The notes under the pieces are model-generated. The model worked only from the letters and a program-made list of their open reading frames with translations. It searched no databases and was not told the DNA's origin. DNA of 63,178 bases, filler included, from Choristocarpus tenellus KU-1152 (taxonomy: Eukaryota; Protista; Phaeophyceae): the NCBI GenBank assembly GCA_964200185.2. It is 12 parts of 12 records of this genome, joined end to end, with 100 filler letters (N's around TTAATTAATTAA, not from the genome) between each part and the next. Parts side by side here need not be neighbours in the genome. Positions count along the whole stretch, not along the records: positions 39,530 to 44,524 come from CAXNAD020012242.1; positions 44,625 to 47,702 come from CAXNAD020022487.1; positions 47,803 to 51,325 come from CAXNAD020019467.1; positions 51,426 to 56,451 come from CAXNAD020012127.1; 8 more parts are not named here. The stretch is one strand, 5' to 3'. Of the stretch, positions 39,595-51,993 are shown piece after piece. Positions within the stretch are counted from its first letter, which is position 1, and each line of letters starts with the position of its first letter. The translations under genes were made by a program, and so were the position numbers.

Positions 39595-40044
39595 ATACAG
39601 TATTATTAATAAAACACATTAATGATACTACTACAAAACCAACTAATCTGTTTTGTAAGGTATCTAATCTCTCCCACTAATTTTATGGTGGAGTTGGCAA
39701 GGAAAAATAGACAAAAGCACTACTCCTGTACTACTTTGGACACTGTACCTGCCCGACACTAAACCCAAACGCAGGAAACATGGCAAACACATCCTCCTTG
39801 TGAAGCGACCATGCCAGGTGAGTACGCATCAGATTCGAAGGAGGAGGGAGACTCGACAAACTGAAAGGTGGGTGAGGTCACAACTCGAGAAACAAGGTAT
39901 GCACAGAGGTCGTGCATTGAGAGCGAAGAAGGAAGCAGAGAAAGCTCAAACTGAGGAGGAAAGAACGTTCCTAACGTGGTTCAGCTTAGAAAAAAACAGT
40001 GCATGAGCAACGCGCAGCCAGACCAGAAATGATTCGCTCTAGCT

Positions 40045-41060
40045 CTCTTTAATGTGTGGCCATGTCTGTAAATGGTGTGAACAGGGTGGGACGTGTGGAC
40101 AAGCGACTGCTACAGGCCGGTTCCATTCGATATGATGTAATTGGGCTCCAGGAAACAAGGTGAGATGGACAATCTTCTCTCATAGCTTCTGTGTACTTCA
40201 TACTTTTTGGTGGAGGCAATGGTGGGAGGGGGAAGGATGATGTTGCACTGGGGGCGAAACAATCGGTTGCATTGAGAAGAGGACTGTGAGCAAGAATTCA
40301 TCAACAACCGATTGATTAAATAATGCATCATCGTCACAGCGTACGAGGTATTTGTACTAACTATATCAGAGAAGACAGAGACCATGTCCCTCACCCAACT
40401 GGCCAGCACAAGAAATATATTGATGCTGGAGGACAACAATTCCAACAGACCGACAAGCTGCTGTCTCCCAGAGCTTCACTCAGTGATAATGCTGATATCA
40501 CCACTGAGATCCAACTTTGCATCCAGAAAGCACGTGGATGCTTCAAAACGCACAGGAAATATGTGTTACATGACCAAGCAGTAGGTGTACCTCTTGATCT
40601 ACAGATTCAGATTTCAATGGTGAAAGTGCTTGAGACTCTGCTATATGGCTGCATGACATGGACACTCAAAAAGGACAGCTACACCCAGGCTCAAAGTATC
40701 TGGGGGGGGTGGCGGCTGTCCATTTGAAGTCAGTTTTTTCTTCTCGCGATTTTTGGGTGATTTGGTTGCATATGTCGGATGGATAATGTAAATGTACTTT
40801 ACCTGATTTTGCCTCAAATGGACACCCTGGTGTAGACCTCTCCCCCCTCCCCAGATACCTTGGGTCCCAACTCCATGCCCAATACTGCAAATGCCTACAG
40901 CTCTGCATTGGATTCCAGAAGAGGATAGGTATGGACCATCCCATTATCACTGATGTGAGTGCTGCTTCAAAACCTAGAGGGAAAAGGTCCAGCGAAAACT
41001 GATGATGGTACCTCCAAGACAGGTTAAGGACTTTCAACGTTGCAGCTAATGAGTGGGCTT
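40045..41060 (+). mobile_element. Internally deleted, decayed RTE-like LINE (AP-endonuclease start joined to post-RT C-terminal region), interrupted by a family A MITE
   Basis: APE motif ...VNGVNRVG...YDVIGLQETR*DG at ~40070-40170. Post-RT region IDAGGQQFQQTDK...ADITTEIQLCIQKARGCF...VLETLLYGCMTWTL...[MITE]...LHAQYCKCLQLCIGFQKR. Stops and frameshifts are present. Confidence 0.8.
40688..40866 (+). mobile_element. MITE family A copy inserted in LINE, TSD CCA
   Basis: cca|ggctcaaagtatct...agataccttgggtc|cca. Removing it restores the LINE reading frame (YTQLHA). Confidence 0.92.
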
Positions 41061-41932
41061 CCCTTTGCTGAAGACCTGAATGGGTTGCACAAAGATGTGG
41101 AGGATGAACCAAAATATTTGATGGACGTCTGTCACACCACTCAAATCAAAGCAATGACAGGCTATCACGCGAAAGTGGTCTTGGCCACCAACCACATAGA
41201 TAAACATCTGCGGCGATTCTATTTTTCTTCTTTGGAGGAGAAGGAGACTTCGTCTTTTCTTTGCCAAGCCTAGGATAATCTTTTTTAGTGTTGATAGAAT
41301 TATAGTATCAAGTGCAAGGACTTCAACTGGATCCTCTGAAGTGCATGTGGATATGTACCCCTTGAACCAATTATGATCCTTGATGCTGGAGTTGATCCTC
41401 AAACTGTGCTTTTCTTTCTGATTTTTTTTTTCTTGTCTCTGTGGACTTGACTGATGAATCCATCTTTTTTGGCACATAGGTCCTATTTTCTTTTTGTTGC
41501 TTTTGCATTGTCTTTCTGACCACAGGTTCAAGTATGCTCTATGTTGCCTACTTCTCAACACTGTCCACCAAATTATATTTTTTTTTAAGCATCACTGCAC
41601 CATACTTTGAACAAATGGGGGATAATCAATCAATCAATATGTAGCCAAGAAAGTCAGTTTCTAGGTCGGTACTTTTCAGTTTCTTGAGAACCAAAATTTC
41701 GTTTAGTTTTATCACTTTTCTCTACATCCCGAGTGAAGCCCTCACAACCTATCAATGCTAAGTGGTGCATTGGGAAGATTGGGATCCTGATGTTTCACAG
41801 GTATACTTATCATCTACAGGGGAGCCCTAGTAGTTGCTCGCTTGCAGGTGGAAGTTAAGCTCTGTGATTTAGGGTTATCAAGTCGGGCATGCTATAATCT
41901 TGGCATGATGATGTCCAATGAAGTAACAGATT

Positions 41933-42190
41933 TTCTCAAAGTATCTTAGAGGGTAGAGCCGCGTCCGTTTGGGGGTCATAATCCAATGTTGCGATTTTGA
42001 TGAAATTTTGGCTATCGTGTTTATCAGGAAGTGTTGATATCCTTGTTCCGGACACACCTTTTCATAACGTACGTATTTTACCTACTCCGAAACATTTCGG
42101 AGTAGGAAAATGTCATAAAACACCTGTGGGAAGTCAAGCCCCAAATGGACAAACAGGGCAAAACTCATACCCTCTGAGATACTTTCACTC
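41933..42190 (+). mobile_element. MITE family B copy
   Basis: caaagtatcttagagggtagagccg...ccctctgagatactttcactc. Confidence 0.9.
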
Positions 42191-45100
42191 AATTCTTCCA
42201 TGTGGTCGCTGGGGACCTCAAAATCCAGACTGCAAGAGAGTTTCTAGTATTCAAGATCGTTCACAAGATACATTTGATCCTCCAGAGGGGTATCACAATT
42301 GGGGTTCTGAGGGTTTTGTGCCAGAGTGGATTGTGGTAAAGGGCAAGCCCACCCTCAGCATCCATCAGTGCTAAGTGGTGCATTGGAATGATCAGGTTCC
42401 ACACATATTCTTCCATCTGCACACAAGTCTGAGGTGTCGCACAGTGGCACTGCAAGTTGAGAGATTGGCTTGGGAATAGTCTCGACCTCATGACATCCAA
42501 TGAAGTAACAAATTCTTAGATGTCGTACCCAGAATGCAAGGCGCTCTACTCTCTCAAATTTTGGACATTTCAAAGTCGTTCATGCGATAGAAGTGATCCT
42601 GCACAAGGACATCACAATTGGGGTTTAGTAGATTTTGCATTAGGCTGAATCATGAGGAAACACAAGTTCGGGAAGAACATGTGCAATGGACTGAATGCAT
42701 GAAAGGAGAAGACAAGGTTGAGTTGCTAGCCTTGAGTGAACCACTCAGTGTCCGGATGAAGAAGTTGAAGCTGAAGATGGCTGAGGAGGGTGAAGAGAGC
42801 GAGTCGAGGCAGGAGAGCATCATTGCTCACCCTGGAACTGAGGATGACATCCCCTGAGCATTGAGGAAGTAGAAGATATGATAAACAGCAGGAAGAGGAT
42901 ATGGACGAAGAGGTTGATCGAGACATGGCACCCTGTGTAGATATTTAAATAAATAGTGAGCCTGGGGGTGAGCTCAATATTGTTCAGTTCTTCAGTGGCC
43001 TGAATATCAATAAACAAAAGGCCTGGAAGGCCAGCCCCACACAGTTTATTGCAGCAATACTACATCATATATAGTGTCTGCCATGAGCAGATTGCACAAC
43101 ATATCTGTGCTCTCTTTGCTTTTAATGCCTTCCATGCTAAATAGTTTGCTGCTACTTTAGTGAGACAGACTCGGTGCCCCTGTGCCCCTAAATGGCTTAC
43201 ACTTGGTATGCGATGATGGGAGTAGCCACAGCATAATAGTATGGAGCTGGATTTTTTGTTTTTGAGATCGCTGCCAAATGTGCTTTTAAAAAAGACTAGA
43301 TGCTGCTACCTATTGGAAAAGATGATCAAATTATTAGGATATATTTTATACATAAACAGTCAGTAGTATACCTTTATCACGTCTCTTGTATCATCTATCT
43401 TGTTATGTGTTCAAACTATTATAATTACTTTGTATTAGTTAACAACATTAATAGAACTCTATACCACCATGATGAGTGGAATCTTGATCAACTTTATAGG
43501 CAGTCATAACACATACTTGTTATTGTGTATGCTACTTGATATTGTGCAAAATGCTGTGCAGCATATATTATTCCACGACAATGGCTCCCAACAATACAGG
43601 GTCATTAACCCAAAGTAAACGAGAGGTACCCAGGTTTTGACTGCTCTGCATTTTGAGTCTTTTTTTTTTTTTTTGCAATCCACCCATATTTCTATGAACG
43701 AAGGTGCTAAGTTTGATGAATTAAGAAATCGTCCTATGCGCATTTTAAAAAAATGGCGAATTTTGCAACTACTTATCAGCATCCTTAAAACGCAACCCTG
43801 GATACCTTGTGCTTATTTCGACTCATTCAAGCCCAACTATTATTTTCGCATTCAAGTTGCACAAGGGAGTCACACAAATTCTGTGCTAGAAGCAAATATC
43901 GTATACGGGAGTACTATGTAGCAGGTTGTCTCAGAAATCACGGATTCCTGCCGATTGGTTGGGTCACTTCCCAACAAACAGGTAGTTTGAAACTTCATTG
44001 CTATAATATTATTGATTAACCCACAGTTGAATGAACTATGCTGGTACTCCAGAGTGGTCAGCTTACAGTGTTGTTCCATGAGTTAGGATGGTGCTGCTTT
44101 TACAGTGCAGTCGATCGGATTCATCCCAAGACGTGTCATGCATTTCGGGGAAGAAACACCAGGGCTCTTAGGGAAAACCAAGACTTCACAGACTCGTCAT
44201 GTGACCCTTCCTATTCCATCGCTTGTTCCTAGACTGCCTTAATAGCACCAGCTTATGAGTAGTTTCCTACGCAAACCCATGTTTACACACACTATAATGA
44301 TACTGACTGGCTATGCCTCCAATCTATAGTAATGACATAGCCTTACGGACAGGGGAATCCGGTCAAATGTTCGATGCGGGAGCGGATTAGATAATAGTTC
44401 ATTGCATCATTTTTTTCATGAATCAGACAGAGTAGGGAGGTACTTTCCACGGTTAGGGTTGGGGGTTGGAAGTTGGGGTTCGGGTCAGGGTTAGGTTTAG
44501 GATTGGGTCAAAGTATCTGGGGGGNNNNNNNNNNNNNNNNNNNNNNNNNNNNNNNNNNNNNNNNNNNNTTAATTAATTAANNNNNNNNNNNNNNNNNNNN
44601 NNNNNNNNNNNNNNNNNNNNNNNNCTCACAAACCACCCCCCCCCTCAAGATACTTTGACCCAAGTTTGAGGGAGAAGGGAAAGTTGATGACTGGTGGAAG
44701 GCTGAACCCAATGCACTAGAAGCAAGCCAAATATCGAGGTATTGCCGGTAATATTCGTAATACAGATAGGTAGCGCTTGGGAATATTTCTCCATCTCAGA
44801 ACACTACTATCACAGAAGTATGTGTAGTAGTATCAACTAAGATGGCCCTATGTAAATACTTATGTGCAAAAAATGACGGAATCTATTCAATTTCGAACAT
44901 GAAAAGGCATGAAACAACGTACAACGAACACCACTACCCACAAATGGAAAACAAGCTATTGAGGGTGGAGTTATCAACAAACACAAGATGATCTGTCCCA
45001 GCAAGGAAACCCTTTATCTAACATAGAGTTGAAGTATTCTCCTATAGGAATGGTTTTTCTTCTGTATGCTGAACGAATAACTGGGGTGGTTTACAAAGTC

Positions 45101-46139
45101 TGGTGGTGACACTGTTCCGTAGCTAAGACTGCCAAGTCACTCCCCACATCCAACTCTCAACTCATGGAACAGTCAAGGCTTAAAGAAACTGAAACGCCTA
45201 CTCACACACACACAAAGAGTCATAAAGCCAACAGCAAACGGAATGATCATATGCACACACAGCCACTAGGATCATCAGAATATCCCTCATAGTGGGTTGC
45301 TATTTTCCTGCATTAGTGTTTCTTGAGTTATTGTTGGAAGGCCTGGTGCAATGACAGTTAGAGGTACAACTGCACAACGTGAGATCAACCTAGATATGTT
45401 TTCCATCTTCTGTGAGCTCGTAATCTGCAAAATAAGAAGGGTACTACTACAAGAACCATATCCATCGAGAAACCGAGGTGTCGACCACCAATGAAGGGAA
45501 CTTTACTGACCCATGATTGTGGATGTTCTTTACAATCGCCAGAGGAAAAGGTACCCAGAACCTGGTTCACTGCCCCAAAATCAAAATATATTAAAAATAT
45601 ATATATATACGGATAAGTCAAGCCCCGTGTACCTGCACAGAATTTTATGCAAACATGTAAGTGGTTATTGCTTCTGTGTATATTGAGAAAGAGTCAACAA
45701 AACAGTTAGTTGGTCCCCTTGTTGGTCGTAGTTGTGATACCCACCCCCATAGCGACGTTTGCAAATGTTTCCCGCATTTCATCTGGAGTCATTGTTGACA
45801 GTTTTTAGAGAAGCAAAAAACCTTGATCCACCAATAAATTGCCTCTTTCTGGCACTGAATCCTGTATTACGCCTGACGTCATTCTTGAGTGAGAGGATCT
45901 GGATAGATAGTGAGGAGGATGGCAACAGTAGGACCCTCAATGATTACATTTATGTGAGAGCAGGGTCTGAAGCCAGAATGACTAAATTGACTCGGCATTC
46001 ACCCCCTGCCGAGAAGAAAGTGGCCCCACCTTAGTGAGGAGAATAGTAGCACCGACCCGCCAAGAGTCCACCCCCTCAGAAATATCCTACCAACATGCCC
46101 TCAAAAATAAAATTAATTTTCGACACACAAAGACTGTTA

Positions 46140-46232
46140 CAGGCGAATAGCGCAAGCATTTCTTCTCGTGTTCTAGAAAGCGCGAGCAGTATACGAGATT
46201 AGTAGCACACAGGTGGCCTTGCAGAATAAGTA
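46140..46232 (+). repeat. Dispersed repeat family E (TA|CAGGCGAATAGCGC... terminus, Tc1/mariner-like end); other copies at 15839-15928 (-) and 2287-2384 (+, two partial units)
   Basis: A ~90-bp high-identity match between 46140-46232 and the reverse complement of 15839-15928. The copies begin TA-CAG or a close variant. Confidence 0.7.
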
Positions 46233-46438
46233 CTGATTTTCTTAGAAGATGCAAAGTAAGATTCGAAATGCGTACGTAACCTTAAAGAAGAAATGTCAAT
46301 TCCTAGAAGTTGTAAAATAAACGTTTGTGATTGGAGTATGTATACAGCAGGTTGCAGATGTCTTTCAAGTTATAGTGTGTAGAAATCGGGTGGATGATGA
46401 TCATATAAGAGGGTTTTTGGAGACCATCCAATACCCCT

Positions 46439-46618
46439 GACCCAAAGTATCTGAGGGGGGGAGGAGAGTCTGCACCAGGGTCTCCATTTGGTCCAGAACC
46501 AGGAAAAGGGCACTTGCATTATCCATCCGACGTATCCAACCAAATCACACAAAAGTAGCGACATGAAAAAAATGACCCCAAATGGACAGCTGCCACCCTC
46601 CCTCAGATACTTTGAGCC
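46439..46618 (-). mobile_element. MITE family A copy, TSD CCT
   Basis: cct|gacccaaagtatct...agatactttgagcc|cct. Confidence 0.92.
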
Positions 46619-47496
46619 CCTCTTTCATTCTTTTATCTTGAGTGAAAAATTAAGTCGAGCATTGAGCTAAGCACCGAGTGAAGCATCAAGAGAAGAGTGT
46701 CTGACGCCCCAAGTAGCTATCACCCAGGGCCACGCCCCCATAGTGTTGTTTTGAGGTCATTGAATTAGAGTTGCACCTCACGTGGAGGTGAGTTCTGGAA
46801 CGTGTTATAACAAGACTACAGCACACCATGAACCCAACAAATGACCGAATACTGCTCGTGGGCGGAGGAGGGTCAGTTATTACAACTTGAAATACTACTG
46901 TTGGCTTGCTGCTGTAGGCTGCATGTAGGCATCTATGCATATATATTTTCCCTCCACTAACTTGCTTCAGACTGCGACAGGGTCATCAGCCCCAGCTCAG
47001 GACTTACAAAAGGGTTCTGAGGAACGGGTGGTTAAGCCATGTTGCTTGTTAAAATTTCCCTCGTACGCTCTTCTTCTCCTCTATATTGCCATGGTAGGCC
47101 GGGTGGGCAATCTGTCTGTGTGTTGGGCATACCGCCACTACGCTCCAATCACTCACACTTATCCTGAGGATGGTATATTTCTTGCAAAATGATCGTCATT
47201 GAGTATTTGTTCTCCCATGAACTCATTTGGTTGGCTTGAACTCTACCAAATGCAAGTCATGTGTAATATCACCATGCTGAACAAGTAAAGGTGAGTGTGT
47301 GCTATCCTTCCCATCCCCTTGTCGCAGTTTAAGTGCCATTCCATAGTACATAAATAGTAAACACCATGCAAATACATTTAATCGCGCAGTAGATATATAC
47401 TGTGCTCTATGTGGCTGAGCATCAATGGAAGGGACAGCAATGTTATAGCCAACCCATCTTGACTAGGATTCATCTTGTCGTTACTAGTTGCACACA

Positions 47497-47679
47497 GGTT
47501 CAAAGTATCCGGGGGGGGGTGGCGGCTGTCTATTTGGGGTAATCTTTTTTCCTGTTGCGATTTTTGTGTGATTTAGTTGCATACGTTGGATGGATAATGT
47601 AAGTGCACTTTTCCTGGTTTTGGTCCAAATGGACACCCTGGTGTAGACAGCCCCCCTCCCCCCCCAGATACTTTGGGTC
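47497..47679 (+). mobile_element. MITE family A copy, TSD ACA
   Basis: aca|ggttcaaagtatcc...agatactttgggtc|aca. Confidence 0.92.
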
Positions 47680-48004
47680 ACACAGTATAAATAGTCCCAG
47701 AGNNNNNNNNNNNNNNNNNNNNNNNNNNNNNNNNNNNNNNNNNNNNTTAATTAATTAANNNNNNNNNNNNNNNNNNNNNNNNNNNNNNNNNNNNNNNNNN
47801 NNGGGCAGCAGTTTCTTGTCCGAGATCACCAGATCCATTGATAGCATCCTACCCCGAAGCTCTTCCGGGTGGTTTAGAGTCAGGATCGGGTTCGCCCCCT
47901 TCTCAACTTTGGCAGTGAAAAACTCAACCGCACGTCGACCACGGCTAACCAAGGTTGTAAATCACCATATGAAATGTGGTTGCCCTTGCCCCGATTGCGC
48001 TCAG

Positions 48005-48925
48005 TCAAGCCAGCTTTGCTTTCCGGAGATGGTAGGGAACATCGTTCATGCTGCACTCTTCGACGGTTGTTTCTAAGCTTGCAAACTCGTCAGGTACTTG
48101 AGAGTACGATCGTGGAGGAATTGAGAACACCGAAGAGGCTGCTCCTTTCCTCACGGTCCCCGATGTGCTGCCCCCTCCCATAAATCCATCGTCATCATCG
48201 TCACTCAAGCTTTCATTGTCCGACTGGCACAAGAATTTCTCGAGCAGTTAGTCTTTCATATCCTCCATTGTCGCATTGGCCACTTCATTGTTGTCTTTCA
48301 CACCAATCCACGCTCTTGCTGCGTTGATGGTAGCCTGAGACGACCTTCCGCTGGGTTTGAGGAGCAGAGCACCAAGAGCATTAGAGATATACTCACTAAT
48401 ATATAGGGACACCTTGTGTGGGATGTTGCCTCTACGAAAAAAAATCACCACCTGTGATACTACAGTACACAGTACAGATATTAAAGTACGACAGAAACGA
48501 GCGCAAAATTTTATAAAATTCAATCATAATCCTCATCAGCAGACGGTGCAGAAAGACAATTCAATCACGATCATAATCAACCTGTTTTCAGAATTTCAAT
48601 CCACACGCTGACGCAATTCGGTATCTTTGGCGCCCCTTGTAGACTTGGTGTCTGGTTTCAGCGTCTGTGCTTTCTCCATGATTGTTGTTACCTCCTTCTT
48701 CAACCTGTAGAGGGTGTGGTGACCGATTCCAAACTTTTGGGCAACCACAGTTCCCATCATGGTCTTCAGGAGTTTCAATGCTTCTACCTTCTCTGCAAAG
48801 CTCAAGCGTTTACGATTGTTGGCACCACGAGGCTTGTAGGGCGCGGCTTTCTCAGTAGATATTTGGCAGCCCCTTCCCCTTGCCCTTGTTCTTGTTATCA
48901 CGCCGCTTCGATGCAGTGTTGTCAC
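48005..48925 (-). mobile_element. Decayed pogo/Tigger (CENP-B-like) transposase derivative: N-terminal HTH plus acidic C-terminal part, DDE core apparently deleted
   Basis: RKRLSFAEKVEALKLLK...VAQKFGIGHHTLYRLKK is a CENP-B N-terminal/psq-type HTH. Downstream frames carry an acidic SDDDDD tract with stops. Confidence 0.65.
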
Positions 48926-50019
48926 TGGCTGGAGGACTCGAAGCCTTGCGCTTTGTGGGGCTCACACACAATTTACACACGCGTTTCATTTCGCTGGCAC
49001 CAAAAATGTGTGCAATTTACCTTGAGAGGTAATGCTATTTATCAGTAGTGAAGAGAAGAAGGTGTGAAGTCTCACACGGTTCCCCTTCGCTGAATGTGGT
49101 TACATGGTTGGAATTAGAAGAGTGACCTTTGTGGGATGTCTTCCCATTGCTTGTTTATTATTATTTGTGCCTTATACATATGTCTATGGTTATATCAAAG
49201 TAATTGAATGCAGAATAAAAACCCATACATATTCCCATTCGTAATCCGGATGTACTCTCATTAGTTACATCTCTCATACACAAAATGAGGTACACCTCAC
49301 TATTGTCCTATTTTGCACAAAAGGGTCCGCGACGCCGCAAATGCCATGAAGATAGCCGCTACAACGCAACACTTATGCCATGTATAGTGTGGTGGACCTG
49401 GAGTTATTACCCTGCATATTGCAGCTGGATCCTGCTGCGCAGGGCATCATTGTATCTGTACAATGCAGTCGTCTAACCCTTGATCTGATATACTGTATGT
49501 ACTCTACTATTCAGTACTGGGACAATAGACTGATATGTTGTGTACTGCTCGTGTCAAACAGGTTTGTCTCTTTGTCATATTTTGATTAACTTTAGACATG
49601 GCTTTAAGGAAACCCCTCTGTCAAGCAGTGAAAAAAATTACAAGTTTGCTCGCTATAAGAGAGAATTGACAGGAAAACGCCGAAACCTCTCTAACAACGT
49701 TTTTTGTCGTGACAAGGCAATTTAAAATCTCTTATATCTCGTTTTCTCTAATATCCACCTCTCTTATACAGGTAGATTGACTGTAGTAATATTGATGTGA
49801 ATAGTTTTCATTCGTTTTTTTGTGAGACTTCCCAAAGTAGGGGGTGATGAGAACCACCAGAGATGAGGTTCAGAAAGGAAGAGAAAGATGAGACTGAGGC
49901 ATGCTGGGTGTATATTGACAACCTCAGAGTGCCGATGATCAATCTTCAATGTGATTGTTTGTGACCAGTCAGAACAGAAAACACAATCTCGGGCTTTCCT
50001 GGTTTGAATCCACCGTTCA

Positions 50020-50174
50020 TGTCAAGTTTACCGCGTGCCGGTCGTACGTCTGACCCACAACACATCACTTGTCCTGACCTCAATTGCAAAAGGTGACGCG
50101 CGCAAATGTATATGACCGCGCGTATTATCCTTATCAATGTCGGAGATCCCCAAAAAGGTGACCTGTCCCTGACA
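50020..50174 (+). repeat. Possible solo LTR (TGTCA...TGACA, 155 bp); matching 3' end at 34736-34774
   Basis: Shared tgtcgg.gatccc.aaaaagg...ctgtccctgaca end and 5-bp inverted termini. No clear TSD. Confidence 0.4.
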
Positions 50175-51299
50175 TTTACTCTCATCAGACTTACAGGTGA
50201 AGGGAAGAGAGGTCTCATCATAAATAAATTGCTACTAAATAAATGCTAGATGTGCATACTTTAAATAAAATGGAAAACAAAACTAGACAAGGTCGGTCCA
50301 CTTGGAAATGGGTGCGTCATCCGTAGAGGGGTTACAAAACCAGGCACCACGAAAAAATAACTAATGAAGTAGAGTAGAGGAGTTTAAGGTTGAAGTTGAA
50401 GGAATGGTGTTGCGATTTTGAATAAAATAAAATGTATGTTGTTGATACATACAGTAACTTCAGGAAGGTACCTCGATGTAGTATCTGTATTGCAATTGAA
50501 TGAAATCACTTTTCAGGGTTGAATCTAGAGAGTCAGGTTTTGTTGCTTCATGTTGTAAGAAAAGTTGAGAATATTTTTCCTTTCTCACATTAAATATGGA
50601 ACAATAACAGGAACCACTACCTAGCCCCTACTCATGGAGCTCAGAGGCACTAACTAGTCAAGCTCTACTACTTCTATTACACCAACTGATGTAATTATTT
50701 CTTGGACTATATATTCAGCTATTTGTACCAGGTCCATTCGTACCTTGCTTTTCTCTCACATTGGGTTCAGATATCCCACCGACCGTTGCCCCACCTTCTC
50801 CCATAAATATTTTGCTAAACCCGCATTGACATCACTTAGCAATTAAGCCTCACCGCCTCTTTCTTGGTCTGACGTTATTCCAGTAATGGTGTCAATAGGA
50901 TAATACAGGTAGGTGTATGATCTGTTGTGCTTCTCACCTGCACTTTGGATTATCCAAATCAGATTTCCTTCAAAAGAAGCCTGGTGTCAATTGATGTTGA
51001 AGCAACAAAATCCACGTAGGGAACAGCCTCCACAACCACTCAGCCACAAGACTTTCCTGGCCTTGACTACTGACCTCAACCTGACTTAAACCTGCGCATT
51101 TCAATCAAGCTGAAAGATTACCACACTACTACTGAACTATGAGAATGCAGAAGAGAAGCAATGAATTCATGGGATGCAAACCCCACATCATCCATACATG
51201 TACATTTGTGACCGAGTCACAAGGACCCTGCCCAGTTTGCTTGGGTATGGGACATATTCTGACCGGGATTGACCCAACCTATCTTGACCTGGAGCTGGT

Positions 51300-51325
51300 G
51301 ACCCAAAGTATCTGGGGGGGTGGGG
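51300..51325 (-). mobile_element. MITE family A terminus truncated by contig end
   Basis: gacccaaagtatctgggggggtgggg running into the linker. Confidence 0.6.
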
Positions 51326-51425
51326 NNNNNNNNNNNNNNNNNNNNNNNNNNNNNNNNNNNNNNNNNNNNTTAATTAATTAANNNNNNNNNNNNNNNNNNN
51401 NNNNNNNNNNNNNNNNNNNNNNNNN

Positions 51426-51527
51426 AATTTCAAGTCTGACCGGGGCGACCACAGCTCCCCAAAAAAGGGAACGTCGAAGAAAGGGTGAAAAACTGACGCT
51501 GACTCCCCCCCCAAGATACTTTGACCC
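51426..51527. mobile_element. MITE family C end (TIR gggtcaaagtatct), truncated by contig start; similar termini at 44505-44524 and 44625-44661
   Basis: ...cccccccaagatactttgaccc shares the TIR core of families A and B, but its internal sequence is different. Confidence 0.6.
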
Positions 51528-51732
51528 TTCCCAGGGTGGGCCACAGCTGCAAGGAGCATGACCTTAGCAATGTAAGGCATATTCTGTACCTGTGGGGGTT
51601 TGGGGGTGTCCTCAGCGGAACACAGGCACACACCTTGCCCATCTTTGAGGATGTAAAACACTTTTTGTCAACATGCATCCAGTAACATAGATGGTCCACT
51701 AATACCCAATTTCTCCCCTTCCTGTGTCTTTG
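51528..51732 (-). mobile_element. Decayed mariner (DD39D-type) transposase fragment around the first catalytic Asp
   Basis: WMHVDKKC(F)/YILKDG...PPQVQNMPYIAKVMLLAAVAHP corresponds to HVDEKWFY...KVMFLAAVARP. It has one frameshift and is bounded by MITE copies on both sides. Confidence 0.75.
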
Positions 51733-51993
51733 GAGTCAAAGTATCTCAGAGGGTAGAGCCGCGTCCGTTTTGAGGGACAAAATCCAATGTTGCGATTTTG
51801 ATGTAATCTCGGCTTATTGTGTTTGTTAGGAAATATCAATATCCTTGTTCCCGACACACCTTTTCATAACGTATACATTTTACCTACTCGGAAACACTTC
51901 GGAGTAGGTAAAATGTCATTAAAAACACGTGGGAAGTCAAGCCCCAAATGGACAAACAGGGCAAAAATCGTACCCCTTAAGATACTTTCACTC
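51733..51993 (+). mobile_element. MITE family B copy
   Basis: gagtcaaagtatctcagaggg...ccccttaagatactttcactc. Confidence 0.9.

Noticed and set aside
44505-44661. A single family C MITE spanning the gap
   Set aside because: The two TIR ends are on different contigs separated by an artificial linker, and their flanks (att/aag) do not form a TSD.
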